Shown here: in pieces, positions 11,852 through 23,398 of the stretch | How positions within the stretch are numbered: the first letter of the stretch is position 1 | How the letters are laid out: each line of letters opens with the position of its first letter | Assembly: GCA_977862235.1 (NCBI GenBank) | Contig: OZ374558.1 | Location: forward strand, 1,116,001-1,180,000 | Origin: Dudresnaya verticillata | Lineage: Eukaryota | DNA: 64,000 bases | Direction: 5' to 3' | Translations under genes and position numbers: made by a program | Notes under the pieces: model-generated | Told to the model about the DNA's origin: nothing | The model's database searches: none | The model's input: the letters and a program-made list of their open reading frames with translations, nothing else

Positions 11852-12559
11852 GCAGCATCAGCGCTCCACGCCGCCAAGATCTCGGGAATTGATGGCCTGC
11901 GGAATACGATCCTCTCCCCACAAACGCCCCCCAACTTCACCGAGCCCAAACTGCAACCTGGACCCGCTCACTGGCTGGGACCCGGCCGGCCCCCGTCTAC
12001 ACTTCAACACGCTTTGCGCCGGCCCTGCAATGGCAATGTACCGCTCATCGAATTCTCGCCATACGACTGCACTTAGGGACGTTCCCGATCCCTCCCCCCA
12101 ACCCGGCAGCCGCCCACCGCGTCCGCCGCCTACGACCCCTACCCCTAGATTCATTGCGGCCGTCTGACCCTCGACGAGACCACACGATCAGTTCCCTCCA
12201 TCTCCGTCTGCCGAAGCTCCCTGTAAGTCACCCTTCCTCCACGGCCTCCCAGGCCGGCCGCATCAGGCGCTGTCAGTTCAACCCACACCGTTCTACCGGT
12301 CACCGACCAAGACCCCCCACCCCGATCGACTCCGACTCTCGTCACCCTCACTCCCACCGCTCTAACTTCCCACGACCTTCCCCTTTGGGCTTCTTCATCA
12401 CCTGCTTCGGCCCTTGCGATCACCGTTCTCGCACCACTGTTCCGCGAAAGCACACTACACTTCTGCGTTTAATTTCTTTCCGACCACCCCAGGCCATCGA
12501 CCCTCTCATTGCACCGCACTCTCCCAGACGTCGACATCTCTGCCCATTGTGCTGAATGC

Positions 12560-14430
12560 ACCTTTCTTCAGCACTTCTGTTGTAGACCTCCTCTGTCTTC
12601 ACTAGCCTTCCTCTCTCCATTGCGCTGCGCGTTGCGCGCAACCCTCAATTCCGCCTCACATCTTACCACCACTTATTCACAACAATCGGGTGCGCAGCCG
12701 TTGCGGAGAGCTATTTCAAATTGCCTCAGTGTTCATGCCCCTATAAGTTGTAGAACACAACGGCACCCTGGACTTGCTCAAGCTGCATAATGATTGACTG
12801 CGTCATCCACACGTTCGCACACTTTCCTATCGCCCCTCCCGCTATACCCACCGAAGTCGTCTTTGCCTCTCCCATCGGCGCCGTTTTGACCCCAACCGCT
12901 GAAAATCTCCTTCTGTCAAGTACCACCGCTGACCGTCATCGTGCCGATCCCGGATAGCTTTTCGACGGCAAGGGATCTTCTCACGCTCTCTTCTATGCCA
13001 TGAGGCTGAATACCGGACACCGCTTCGGTTTCCCAGTCACGTCCTTCAACACGGCAGCACAAAATCCCGACTACTACTGCGCAGGGTGCCTGAACGTTTG
13101 GTTCATCGCCAGCTCCTGGCTCTGGACCGCTCAGCCCCCAACATCACCATGATTTCCAACCACCGTTCATCAACCGTGTACGCCATCGCAGACATGTGCC
13201 CAAACCCTGTCCTTGACCCTGAGATCTACCACTCGATAGCACACCTCCTCACGTCTGAAACATTGCTCTTCTCGGTGTGTTGCTAATGCAAGAAGTCGCA
13301 ATCTGGGACTCTCTCTTAACCATCTGGTCCCTCTCTTCAACTCATTTTTCGCAGTTCTCGGTGCACGTACGAAGGAGCTTCTCTTCTTCGACATCACACA
13401 TTGACTATGCAGTCTGACATACACACTGCGAAAAGGAAGGATTAAGGCTCAGCTGCTCGGAGTCCACGATACCGTGTGTTTCGAATTCTTTGCACCCGGA
13501 CCCCTATCCTGCCACGCTCATGAACCTACAGATAGGGCCAGTTCTGCGCGCGCCGGTGCTGCTGTACCTCCCTCCTTCCACAATATTAGAGTCGAACCTA
13601 AAGTTAGGATCTGGATGATCCAGCTGCACCCCGGACCTCCCATCTTCAGTGGGGTTGATCCAGCTCCCCCTGTGCTGATGGTCCCGATTCCGTCGCCGCT
13701 CTGCTTGATGTTTACGGGGAATCACGCTACTACCTTCTCTGCCGGCGAGGGCAAGATACGCCTTCACAACCATCTCCGGAATCGCTTAAGTACCTCATTT
13801 CAGAATTTCTCTCGCCCTTTTGGAGTTCGCGCTGAAGTTGAACATCGTTTCGACTACTCGGATGAGCATGATCCTCGTAACCCCGTCCCCGATTCTGCCC
13901 GAACCAGTGGTGAACGCCCGTGTGATGAGCGCCATTATGCTCATGCTGCTCTTGAGAGCCTGCTGATCCTCGTGACCAGCTGCGTATGGATCTTTTCGTT
14001 GATGATTGTGGCTTTGACCCGCACCCGCATTGCTTTGTCGTCTCCGTCGTCAGTCCCCATTCTATTCATGGACCCTCCAGTCGTGTCGCTGGCCAAGATA
14101 TTGAAACCGCGAACGCGTCAAACGCTCTAATTACCGCTTGTGGAAGTTTGGACGTGGCACTGCATCCAATAGTTGTGGATACCTGTGACCATGTTGGCTC
14201 CTGCTTTGAGCTTGGTGCCAAAAGAATACCTAATTTTGCCAGTAAGCTTGGAACCTCTCCATCTACGGAGAAACTTCTTCTCACTACTCGTCTACTCTCT
14301 TTAGTTCTCCAATGTGTCGTGGCGAGCGGCAATTTCCGCAAGCTATCTCCATCAACGTTTTCCGGTAGCTCTGATTCCTAAGCCCCCTCAAGAGGCTTCT
14401 CCCTTGTTCTTCAATAAATGTCTCTCTCTC
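12560..14430 (+). mobile_element. Degenerate CRE/RLE-type retrotransposon
   Basis: 13500..14430 aligns clearly with 10824..11737 (IRLHNHLRN, MDLFVDD, GTSPSTEKL, same 3' UTR); the 5' boundary is approximate and weakly supported. Confidence 0.8.
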
Positions 14431-15956
14431 AACAACTGTTGTAAACGCTGTCGACCAGACCCATGACAATCCGACTACATGTTACGGGTCGCGACCTGAA
14501 TTATGAACGCTATCAGTCCCGACTTCTTTACGAGCCAACACTCCAATGCTGTGAAGCGCACGAAGGCGTTCTGTGTGGAAATAGTGCAGGATCTCTTGTC
14601 ATGCTCCTTTTCGGCGCAGAGACCTCTAGAGACCACGCTAGAAGGTAGTATATCTTGTTCTTCCGTCCCCCAGTGGTACTCTTTCGCATGACGGTTCCAG
14701 AGACTTCCCGTCGATCAAAAGCCTGTTGTACCGCTTTCCACGCTTTTCGTTCATGGGACAGGGTGTCACTTGTCCATGACCGCGATGGGCAACGGCTCAC
14801 AGTCTTCATCCACACTGTTGACGAGGAGATGAAGTGCTGGGCGTCACAACGGCCCGCTTAAGAAGATTGCTCCGTACTGGAATGGCAGGACTGTGCATGG
14901 ACGCGATTTACACCAGAGCAAGTTTGTGAACGCTCAAAATCTACCGTTGAAGTGGCGATCAGCTTTGTATGAGTTCAGTGTTAACTCTGGTTCTTCGCGT
15001 GCTTGAATTCAAACAGAATGCCCCGAACACCGCCGGTATTGTGTGTCTGAACAATATGCACGCATTTTACTGCTTGTTTGGGAAACAGTAGCACGGTCTG
15101 GAAGGACCGGTCGGAGCAGCCAATGCGAGTATACTCCAGCGCAGGAAAGGTAAAATTTGGACGCCTGTATACCGTGCTAACGATGTGCGGCCTGGCATGC
15201 TATCGTTTTCTCATCTGGCAGTAAGGATGTGCGCATAGCATATTCATTCGAAGCAAGAGGCAGTAAAGGCTGGAAGCTTCAGTGAATCCTTTTCAACACA
15301 TGTTGTTCGGGCATACTTGAGCAAATGTATGCGAAGGCCCTTTCTCGTTTCGATACTGTGTTTTGCATCGGCCTTCCACCGCGACCCTTTATTCTCCAGA
15401 TTTTGTCGGGACGGCTTCTCAAATGGACTATCTGCCAAAGTCCTACTTCTATCAAGGCGTTCCGTCTCACTGCTCCGCACATAAAAGGCAAAGCCATGCC
15501 TTATCTCATACAAACAAACACACATCTTTATATGCAATCATTTCAAACAGACGGTATTGGGATCTTTCTGACCACAGAATCCCCCTTCAATAGAAACGCG
15601 ACCGCCGCTAGGAAACGGAAGCTATCATTTCTTCTCAAGTTCAGAGCCGTAGAGAGCTATTCTGAGATTCCAACTGACGAGGAAAAGGACAATGGCCTTT
15701 CTCAGAACTTGTCGATTACAGACTACTTTCTGATCCTCCTACTACTTCCACTTGCCAACAATGAAGACTCTAAGTTAGGAAATCCGGGGAAGCACCCCTT
15801 CCGCGGAAACCCCTGCTCTCAGGGTCCGCTGCGTGACCCTTCTCCTTCGCTATCAATAGATGTCATCTCTGTGCCCCTCTTTTGTGATTTAGTTTCTGGG
15901 GATTTGTAGAGCCCCTGGTAGCCCGCTCTGAAAAAGGTCCCCTATCTGTTGTTGAT

Positions 15957-18137
15957 TCAATCCTTCAGGCGCATGTACCAGACAAACAAAAGTTCGCTCT
16001 TACGCGTGTTTGCGTGCTCCTCAAGAGCAAACAAGCCGTCCTGTAATAATAGCTTCTTCTTCTCTCTGCTGTTTCGAGAAGCACCATCTGTGCTTCCAGT
16101 AGGGACAGCACCATTCTTCTGCTCTCCTGACCCGTGCTGTTGTGATTTTGACGGTAACTGTGCTGCCGGCACGGTTTGGTGCTGGGGGGAGATAAAGGGA
16201 AACGCGAAGGGGGCCGAGTTCGGTGCATTAAAGAGCGGCTGCAGAGAAGGAAGTCCCCCCATCCTTCGTTTGCGACGCTTCAACAACCGAGCGTCAACCA
16301 TCTTCTTGAGCTCAATTCCCTGCACCATAACTTCCTGTCTTGTCCTCTGCCTTATGTATGGGAGCTTTTTTCCTTTCTGGGTATTACTTTTGGAGCCGTC
16401 ATTTACTGCACCACGAGCCCTTGCGCTAGCCGATGCCAGTTTTCCATGCACGTCCGACTCTGCTTGTTGCAGTGCCGATTCTCTTTCTTGTCTTTTCTCT
16501 TCTTCTCTTTTTTTTCGAATGCTTTCTCTAACGGCACCTGCCCGTCGTAAAGACGCCTCCTCTTCGTTTCTAGCACTCTCCAGATATTGAGAGATATTCG
16601 GGCCATATGGCTCCAACTTGAAGGGGATCTGGTATTCACCAGTGCGAATCTCATATGCTTCCTGCATGGAGCGGAACATATCCCTCAGTCTTCCTCGCAC
16701 GCAATTGTTGATCGCGTTGAAGGCACTCTGTGAAAGCTTTGAAGAGCATTTGGCACGAGCGGCTGCGGCAGTGGAAATAGAATGCACTAAACCCTCATCG
16801 ACAGCGAAGTGGGGGCCTTTCTTTTCCGAAGTAGGAAGAAACCTCGTTTGGTGCAACTGCTGTGCGGATGGAGTCGTGAAACTAAGGCGTCGTGGGCCCG
16901 CAGTTGGTATTTTCCGCCCTTTGGCGACAACGGAAGTAGGCCGTGTTGATGGTGTAGGCGGCCTTAGATTCCCTTGAGCTGGTGGGCCATTTCCCAAGAC
17001 ATTCGTTTTAGAGCCTGCGAGGCGAAGGGCACTAGACGGCGGGACATTTCCACCATGCAGAATTTCCCTTGGCAGACGTTCCACAGAGTCTTGTAGACGC
17101 TCCCGGATAGATTGGGTAGGCAGCGTCCCTGTATCTTTCTGTTCGTCGATTGATGGATTCCAGAACCTGATCGGTGCTTGAGTTGGCGGTGTTGACTCTT
17201 CGCTTGGCACAATAGGTTGCGCCTCCGTTCTCAAGCGGGTATTGTTGTTCTGTTTCTCACTAGATTCCTTGAAAACCTTCTGCCGCTTGACACGAAACCA
17301 CTTCAAAAATTCTTCGAAGAAGTCATCCTGGGAAGTGGCTGGATAGTACTTTGTGAAAGTTTGGAAAACGAAGCCCATTAGTCGCCTAGTTGATATCGTG
17401 CGCTTCCCCCATTCCGAGAAGAGATACCTTGCGATTCTAAGAAACACTGTTATCTGCTGTTCCTTAGCATCTTGTTGGATTGCAATTCCCAGGAGTTTGA
17501 GCTTGCCAAAATGTATAAAGTACATCAATTCGCCCTTCCCGTACTCGTCAACCTGGTCTCTGGAAATGGTCAGTTCCGGGATCGCTAGTACCATGTCGCG
17601 GAGGTTGTGTCCATCAACCACTTCAGGAGGACTGACACCTGCATTTGAACAAGCAATTCCTCCGGCCTCAGAGTTCTGAAGGAAATCCCATACAACGGCG
17701 GTAGGGGATGTGTGGGAGGTATGGCGGACAACAAACTTGGAGATGAAGTTGATAGCGTAGCTCTTCGAATCTGCGTTGGGATTGTTCCGGCTGGCGTGGA
17801 TTGTCGTCGCAGCGCCTGCCCGCAGTTGGTGCACGAGGGAAGCAAGTTGCGACTGACAGGCGTTCGGAAGCTGGCTGCGCAACAAGCCAACGGCGTATTG
17901 CGAGAAGGCGATCAGATCGGCGGCGCGCATGCAGGCGACAACATGTCGCAGCGATGGGGCGACCGTGAAGAAGGAGTTGGGAAGCAGATGGGTTGAAACG
18001 GCGGGGGCGATGGGGTGCGGGGTGGGGGTTGTGCGGGGGTGCGGGTGCGGCGCTGCAGTCGGGGTTGGGCCCGGTGGTGCAGAGGAGGGGCCGGGGTTCG
18101 CGGAACAGGTGCGGTTGTCGCGGCCGTCCGGGGGCAT
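15957..18137 (-). CDS. Hypothetical protein, 726 aa from first ATG; Pro-rich N-terminus, ordered middle region, coiled-coil-like charged segment, basic NLS-like KRRKRR
   Basis: Uninterrupted 2.2-kb frame, ccaaccATG start inside a GC-rich island; no family recognised; a short terminal intron near 15945..16002 is possible. Confidence 0.75.
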   Translation of the reverse strand: MPPDGRDNRTCSANPGPSSAPPGPTPTAAPHPHPRTTPTPHPIAPAVSTHLLPNSFFTVAPSLRHVVACMRAADLIAFSQYAVGLLRSQLPNACQSQLASLVHQLRAGAATTIHASRNNPNADSKSYAINFISKFVVRHTSHTSPTAVVWDFLQNSEAGGIACSNAGVSPPEVVDGHNLRDMVLAIPELTISRDQVDEYGKGELMYFIHFGKLKLLGIAIQQDAKEQQITVFLRIARYLFSEWGKRTISTRRLMGFVFQTFTKYYPATSQDDFFEEFLKWFRVKRQKVFKESSEKQNNNTRLRTEAQPIVPSEESTPPTQAPIRFWNPSIDEQKDTGTLPTQSIRERLQDSVERLPREILHGGNVPPSSALRLAGSKTNVLGNGPPAQGNLRPPTPSTRPTSVVAKGRKIPTAGPRRLSFTTPSAQQLHQTRFLPTSEKKGPHFAVDEGLVHSISTAAAARAKCSSKLSQSAFNAINNCVRGRLRDMFRSMQEAYEIRTGEYQIPFKLEPYGPNISQYLESARNEEEASLRRAGAVRESIRKKREEEKRQERESALQQAESDVHGKLASASARARGAVNDGSKSNTQKGKKLPYIRQRTRQEVMVQGIELKKMVDARLLKRRKRRMGGLPSLQPLFNAPNSAPFAFPFISPQHQTVPAAQLPSKSQQHGSGEQKNGAVPTGSTDGASRNSREKKKLLLQDGLFALEEHANTRKSELLFVWYMRLKD

Positions 18138-19143
18138 GGTTGGGCGGGTGCGTGGCGTTGCAGGCGCGAGTGCTGCGGTAGGTTGAGGAAGGGGGATGTT
18201 GGAGACGGTGAGATGGGGTGTGCGGGGGGGGCGGGTGGGACAGCGCTGGCGAGTTGGCACGCGCGTCGGGGTTGCAAGGGGTTTGTAAAGCGGATTAGTG
18301 CGGAGGGTTGAAATTGTGAAAAAAGGCGGTGAGCAATGCGGAACGTCAAGAAAGTTGGAGTTTCGGGAAAAAGGCTATTGGAAGCGCCGTCGTGGCCGAC
18401 GAGGTAGGCGCACAGCGCCGAGTTGCCGGCTCTCACGCGCGCCGCAAGTTCCGTCGCAGAGAGCATGCGCGGGATTTCGGAGCGCGTCCTAGCACGTCCG
18501 GCGCGTGAGTTGTGCGGCATCGGCGCGTGTTCCATTGCGATCGGGCTGCTCACCGATGACTTGCTTGTTTGCGCGCTTCATGTTCGTTGCTGCTGGGTTG
18601 CTTTGTGCAAGCTATGCATTGCCGGGCTACAGGAGGTCGAGCCGTTCGCGCTTCTGCTTCCAGCATGCAGCAGCGAAGCAGAGTGGTTCGGGTTGTAGGA
18701 ATTTGTCGGAAGGGGGAAACCATTACGAGGCGCGGGGAAGGGTGGCGCCTCTGACAGCCTCTGCAAATGCGTTGCGCTTTCAAGGCTGCGCTTACGCGCT
18801 GGGGCGGTGCAAACAAGCGGCGGACAAGAGGATGTTGTCAACAGGCGCTTGCGGACAATTGGGCGGAAAGAGCAGAGCAAGGAAGGCTGTTGTCGGCAGC
18901 ACCGTACCGCTCAGCCCTCGGCGCGCAGCTTGATTGCCGCTCGCCCAACCTCCAACCTGCCGCCGCGCGGCTGCCGCGCTACAAACTCGTCGCGGTGGAC
19001 CGACTGCCGCGCCCCGTGTTCCATGGCGGACAACAGCCACGCCGCGCGGCGCGCGCGGCGCAGCGTGCGGCTTTCAGGTGGAAGGGGCGTGCAGCTGCAG
19101 CTGCAGCTGCAGCTCGCCGCGCGAGTGAGTGCGCCGCGCCGCG

Positions 19144-19194
19144 CCAATGCGCGAAAAGGCGTGACGTCACGCCGCGCGCCGCGGCGCTATAAAA
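19144..19194 (+). promoter_or_regulatory. Pol II promoter: CCAAT, palindromic CRE/bZIP site, TATA box
   Basis: ccaat 19144..19148; perfect 16-bp palindrome ggcgtgacgtcacgcc 19158..19173; tataaaa 19188..19194. Confidence 0.7.
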
Positions 19195-19364
19195 GCCGCG
19201 CGCTGCCGCCGCCCGACCTGCGCCTCCCGCGCCGCTGCCGCAACCGCCCACCGCCACCGCCACCGCCGCCCACCGCCGCCCACCGCCGCCGCCACCGCCG
19301 CCCACCACCGCCGCCGCCGCCGCCCACCGCCGCCCCGACCGCTCCAACCGCTCCAACCGCCGCC

Positions 19365-19433
19365 ATGTCGTCCTTCTGGAAGTGGGTGCTCGGCTGCCTC
19401 GCCTGCATCGTCTGCTGCAACATCGTCGACTAG
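19365..19433 (+). CDS. 22-aa Cys-rich membrane micropeptide, CYSTM-like (MSSFWKWVLGCLACIVCCNIVD)
   Basis: First ATG after the TATA box, in gccgccATG context; codons end in G/C; GCLACIVCC..VD resembles the CYSTM module pattern GCLAALCCC..LD. Confidence 0.7.
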   Translation: MSSFWKWVLGCLACIVCCNIVD

Positions 19434-22036
19434 CGCCGCTCCCGCTTCGCGCGCGACGCGCCCGCCCGCCCGTGGTAAAGCACACCCGCGCTTGCACGCG
19501 TCAAAGCCGTCGCCGCCGCCGTTGCCGCCGCCGCCGCCTCCCTTGTCCCCTGCTTGCCCGCGCCGCCCCCGCGCCAGCACCGCATCGCCGCCGCGTCGCC
19601 CCACGCGAGTCGTCGTCGCGTCTCCTCTCTCCGCACGCATGCCCAGCCCCAGCCGCAGCCGTCGCGCGGCGCGAGCGTGTCCGGCGCTGCGTTGCAAGGC
19701 GCGCGTCGGCCGTCGCGACCACCGGCACTGTCAGACGCGCCAGACACAGCCAACGCACACTTTTCCCACAACAAACATTTCCGTTAAAGCGCGCGCTCTC
19801 TCCCCTCCGCCAACGCCTTCCGCCGCCACCGCGCCACGCCCTGAACCTGGTCGGTCGGTCGGTCGGTCGGTCCCTCCCTCCCTCCCTCCCTCTCGCCCTC
19901 GGTCGCTCGCTCGGTCGCTCGCGCAGGCGGCACGCGCGGCCGAGCGCGCCAGCGAGGCAGAGAAGCGCGAAAAAAATCGGGTGCACGCGCCGTTGTAGTT
20001 TTTGCGCGTCTGCCGCGCCGCCGCCGCAAGCGCGCACGCGCGCCACGCGACGCCAAACAGCTTCGCCAGCCGCGCGTCCCCGCGCGATGCCGCGCGCCTG
20101 CCGCGCGCCTGCCGAGCGCGCGCCTCCTGTCCGCGCTTCCGCGCCGCCGCTGCGCGCCGCGCCGCCCGAGCTCAGCCGTGATGTGTGCGAGCGTGCGTGC
20201 GTGCGTGCGTGGCGATCGCCAGGCGCGCGCGCCTGTGCTTGCGCCTCTTTTTGGTAACGCTCGCGGCAGCGGCGCTGCTGCAACGGTCGGACCTCGAGCG
20301 CGGCGTTGCGCCACCCAACCGCGGTGTTCCGCACCAGGTGGCGCTGGCGTGGGGACACCACGCGCGGGTGCCCGTGTGCTTACCGCGCGGCTGCCCGCCT
20401 ATCACGGCGAGGTGGGCCAACAACCATGCGACGATGCATCGCAGCGCGGTGGCGGGCGGGCACCTCTCAGGTGGCCGTCAGCGTCTGGCGCGTTGGCACT
20501 GCTCGCGTGTCGTGCAGACTTGCTTCTTGACGCCTAGTGCAAGGCCGAAGGAAGATATTGTTGACCGCGCCTTTGTTTTGCTGAGACGTCCGCTCCAAGT
20601 CGTACTGACTGCAAGCTTGCCATCCATCTGCGCTTCTCTGCAACCTTTCAGCGTTTCCTTGCTATCAGCCCTTCCTTGTATGTCCATCTTGTCAAGCGGC
20701 AAAATGTTGAAGCGGTCGAGATGTTGTTGCTCTTGGTGCGAAAAAGATTTGGCCACTGCGACGAGCTCAAGCAATTGTACTCAGAACCGCGCGTCTCCGT
20801 CTCTAACACCAGCTTGACATTGATAAAATTGTCAACTCGGCAGGGTAGACCATCATTCATTGCCGTGCTCCTGCCCGCAACAACGCAAGGCAGAAACGTC
20901 GAGTAAACAGTCGTCAGAAACCGTTCTGAATCTTTGTGAGGGACGCGTCAATTACCCTCTTCTTTTATGAATCCTCTATTGTTGGTAATGATGAATATCA
21001 CACGACTGGTAAATCGCTTGTTTGTGCCTCAATGGGCGCCATGATTGATAGACTATTTAATACCCGACCCACCAGCAAGCCCTTTACCCCATCAGACATG
21101 AATCAAACAAAGAGAGCGAACGGTAAAAAGAGTCATAGCGTTCACCTTTGTTAGAGCCGCGTTTCACATTGTTACGCCACGAGTTTAGTGCCTCTCTACG
21201 AGGTCAGCAGACATCATGCCCAACTTTCTTTGGAAGAGTGGATCACCTTTCGCAGCACACACGCGTACAACCGTGGCGCGCCCCATCTTGCCCACGTGGA
21301 ATCCTTCAAACCGCGTGCATCTTAGATCCTGGCCGCGTCACCAGTCGGCTAGTGCCAAGCAAAAGAAGAGACGCCTTGTAGTAGATTTACGCCACGAAAG
21401 GCGCCATCGTCATTGGCGTTATGAGTCTGCTCGCAATACCGTCATTGGTGTGGAGAGCCAGAGACCCACACACATCGCCAATCGCGTCAGCAGCCGCACA
21501 GCCAACGCCGGTTCGCCATCTTTCTCTCTTTCGCCATGCCACGCACGTCTGCCGTGCCACCGTCCCAATGTTGCGACAGCCGCGACACCACGCGGGACAA
21601 CCATGCCGTCCTCTTCTTGTTATCGTCAACTTTCCCTCTCTTTGGCCTCTTTGGACTCTTTGGCCTCCAACACCGCCTGGAGCAGCTTGCCCTTGATCGC
21701 TCGGGGACAATTCTTCTAACAGTCCCCCAGAATTCAAATAAAAGCTGTCCACAACTTCTCAGCTTTCATCGTCCTCCCCACGGGACAAAGCCTTCCACTT
21801 CGGTATCTGTCAGGGCCCTAGTGCCCCGAGACTGAGACTATTCTCATTCTCACCTGAGCCTCTTCAAAGCATTTTCTCCCATCGGAAACCCCCAGGCGGT
21901 ACAAGCTTGGAGGTACTACCAACATAGCGTTAAACAGAACACAGCAGGTTGCCTCAACTCTGTGCAAAACCGCAAGCCGTACGGCCCGTCTTTGTTTGCG
22001 TTTCTGTCACACAGCAGCATCACCCTGCAAAACTTC

Positions 22037-23398
22037 TCATGTCTTGTCAAACTCGATACTGTCCCTGCTCCCGTCGGAACTAGAATAGCAATCCAGCCCG
22101 CTTTCTTTGCTCTCCAGAGCACTTTGCTTCCTTCCTATCCTGCTCAAGTCTCCCTCTTCGCACTCATCGCCAATGCTCTCAGCCCCAGCCCTTCGCTCCA
22201 ACTCCACAGCATCCATAGAACCCAGATAGGCACGCTGCCCACTATCATCCAGCGCAATGAAGAGCTCAGTCCCTTGCTGCGCGCTCCTAGTGCCATACTT
22301 TTCACAGCCCCAGAGCCACGCCACGCCCTGAGGTGAAGTAAGATCCCGCCTCTTCCCTTGCCTGATCAACGCGCACAAAAAAATCGAAGCCATGGTAGAA
22401 AGTACAGCAATCGTGAAAGCGAGCGTAATCCCCGCAGAGGTTATCGAAGCCATAACTTCCTTTCCTGTTCTTGCCGGTGCTGAAGTCTGTGGCCCAGACA
22501 CAACCACAGCGTCCAGCACCTGGTACAGGAAAGACATTCGTGGTGGCATGCTTTCCGGCTTCTTCCCGAGCAGCCTTGTAAAGTCAGGAATCTGCAGATC
22601 ACATGTGGTGCCAACACGGAGGTCGACTTTATCCACGAAGCCGCTTCCAGGCGAGCGCGTTATCCCAAATTCGCATTGATTATCCCCTCCTCGAGCTGTT
22701 AGCACGATGCGCACCGTTATCTCAGTTCCATCAGTCATCGCCGTGTACGTCACAGCTCGGTCAGAAAACGCAACGCCCGGCACAATGCTCTCCGTCGGTA
22801 GAATGTTCATCCCCGCCATGCTCAGGCCTTCCTCCGGCGTAGGGCGCCCGGAACGAATCTCTGCCGCCAAAAGCTCGTTGGTTGAGGTCGTAGACAGCCC
22901 ATCCTCGCAGAGGATGTCGCCAACTTCTGCACCAATGTACCCCTTGTACAGCACGACTTCATTATTGTTCTTAATTCGAAGACAGGAGAGCTTCGCCATA
23001 CTTGCAATGTCCCGTCCGGAGTTCGAGGTGAGCGTGACGCTCTCTGTCGATGCAATGTCGATGGCTGAGCTGACGTGAAATGACGTTTCATCCAGCCGAA
23101 GCATGCCGTCCAAAGCGTATCCGAGGTAGACTGACACGGCGATGACGCCAATGCGCACAGCTGTCAGTGCGATCTTGAGCCATCCGTCAACTGGTTGCAG
23201 GTCGCTGTTGTACGGGAGACTGTCGATGATGCTCAACCGTGACTTAAGACGTACCTTCTTCCCTTTTGCCAAACGTCTGTTCAAGGTGTGCCGTGCGAAG
23301 AGCCGTGTCGCTTGAAATGTCATCAGGATCACGAATATCTCCGTGAAGCACCATAGCAAGATATTCGCGACGCCTACCGATGTGTCCAAAAGAAGCAT
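22037..23398 (-). CDS. Hypothetical multi-pass membrane protein, 453 aa
   Basis: Two N-terminal hydrophobic helices (VANILLWCFTEIFVILMTF; IALTAVRIGVIAVSVYLGYAL), a Cys-containing loop of ~230 aa and a third helix (ITLAFTIAVLSTMASIFLCALI). Confidence 0.8.
   Translation of the reverse strand: MLLLDTSVGVANILLWCFTEIFVILMTFQATRLFARHTLNRRLAKGKKVRLKSRLSIIDSLPYNSDLQPVDGWLKIALTAVRIGVIAVSVYLGYALDGMLRLDETSFHVSSAIDIASTESVTLTSNSGRDIASMAKLSCLRIKNNNEVVLYKGYIGAEVGDILCEDGLSTTSTNELLAAEIRSGRPTPEEGLSMAGMNILPTESIVPGVAFSDRAVTYTAMTDGTEITVRIVLTARGGDNQCEFGITRSPGSGFVDKVDLRVGTTCDLQIPDFTRLLGKKPESMPPRMSFLYQVLDAVVVSGPQTSAPARTGKEVMASITSAGITLAFTIAVLSTMASIFLCALIRQGKRRDLTSPQGVAWLWGCEKYGTRSAQQGTELFIALDDSGQRAYLGSMDAVELERRAGAESIGDECEEGDLSRIGRKQSALESKESGLDCYSSSDGSRDSIEFDKT

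Noticed and set aside
19430..20540. Many overlapping Arg/Ala/Pro-rich ORFs
   Set aside because: Expected from stop-codon scarcity in very GC-rich DNA; no domain or consistent codon signal.
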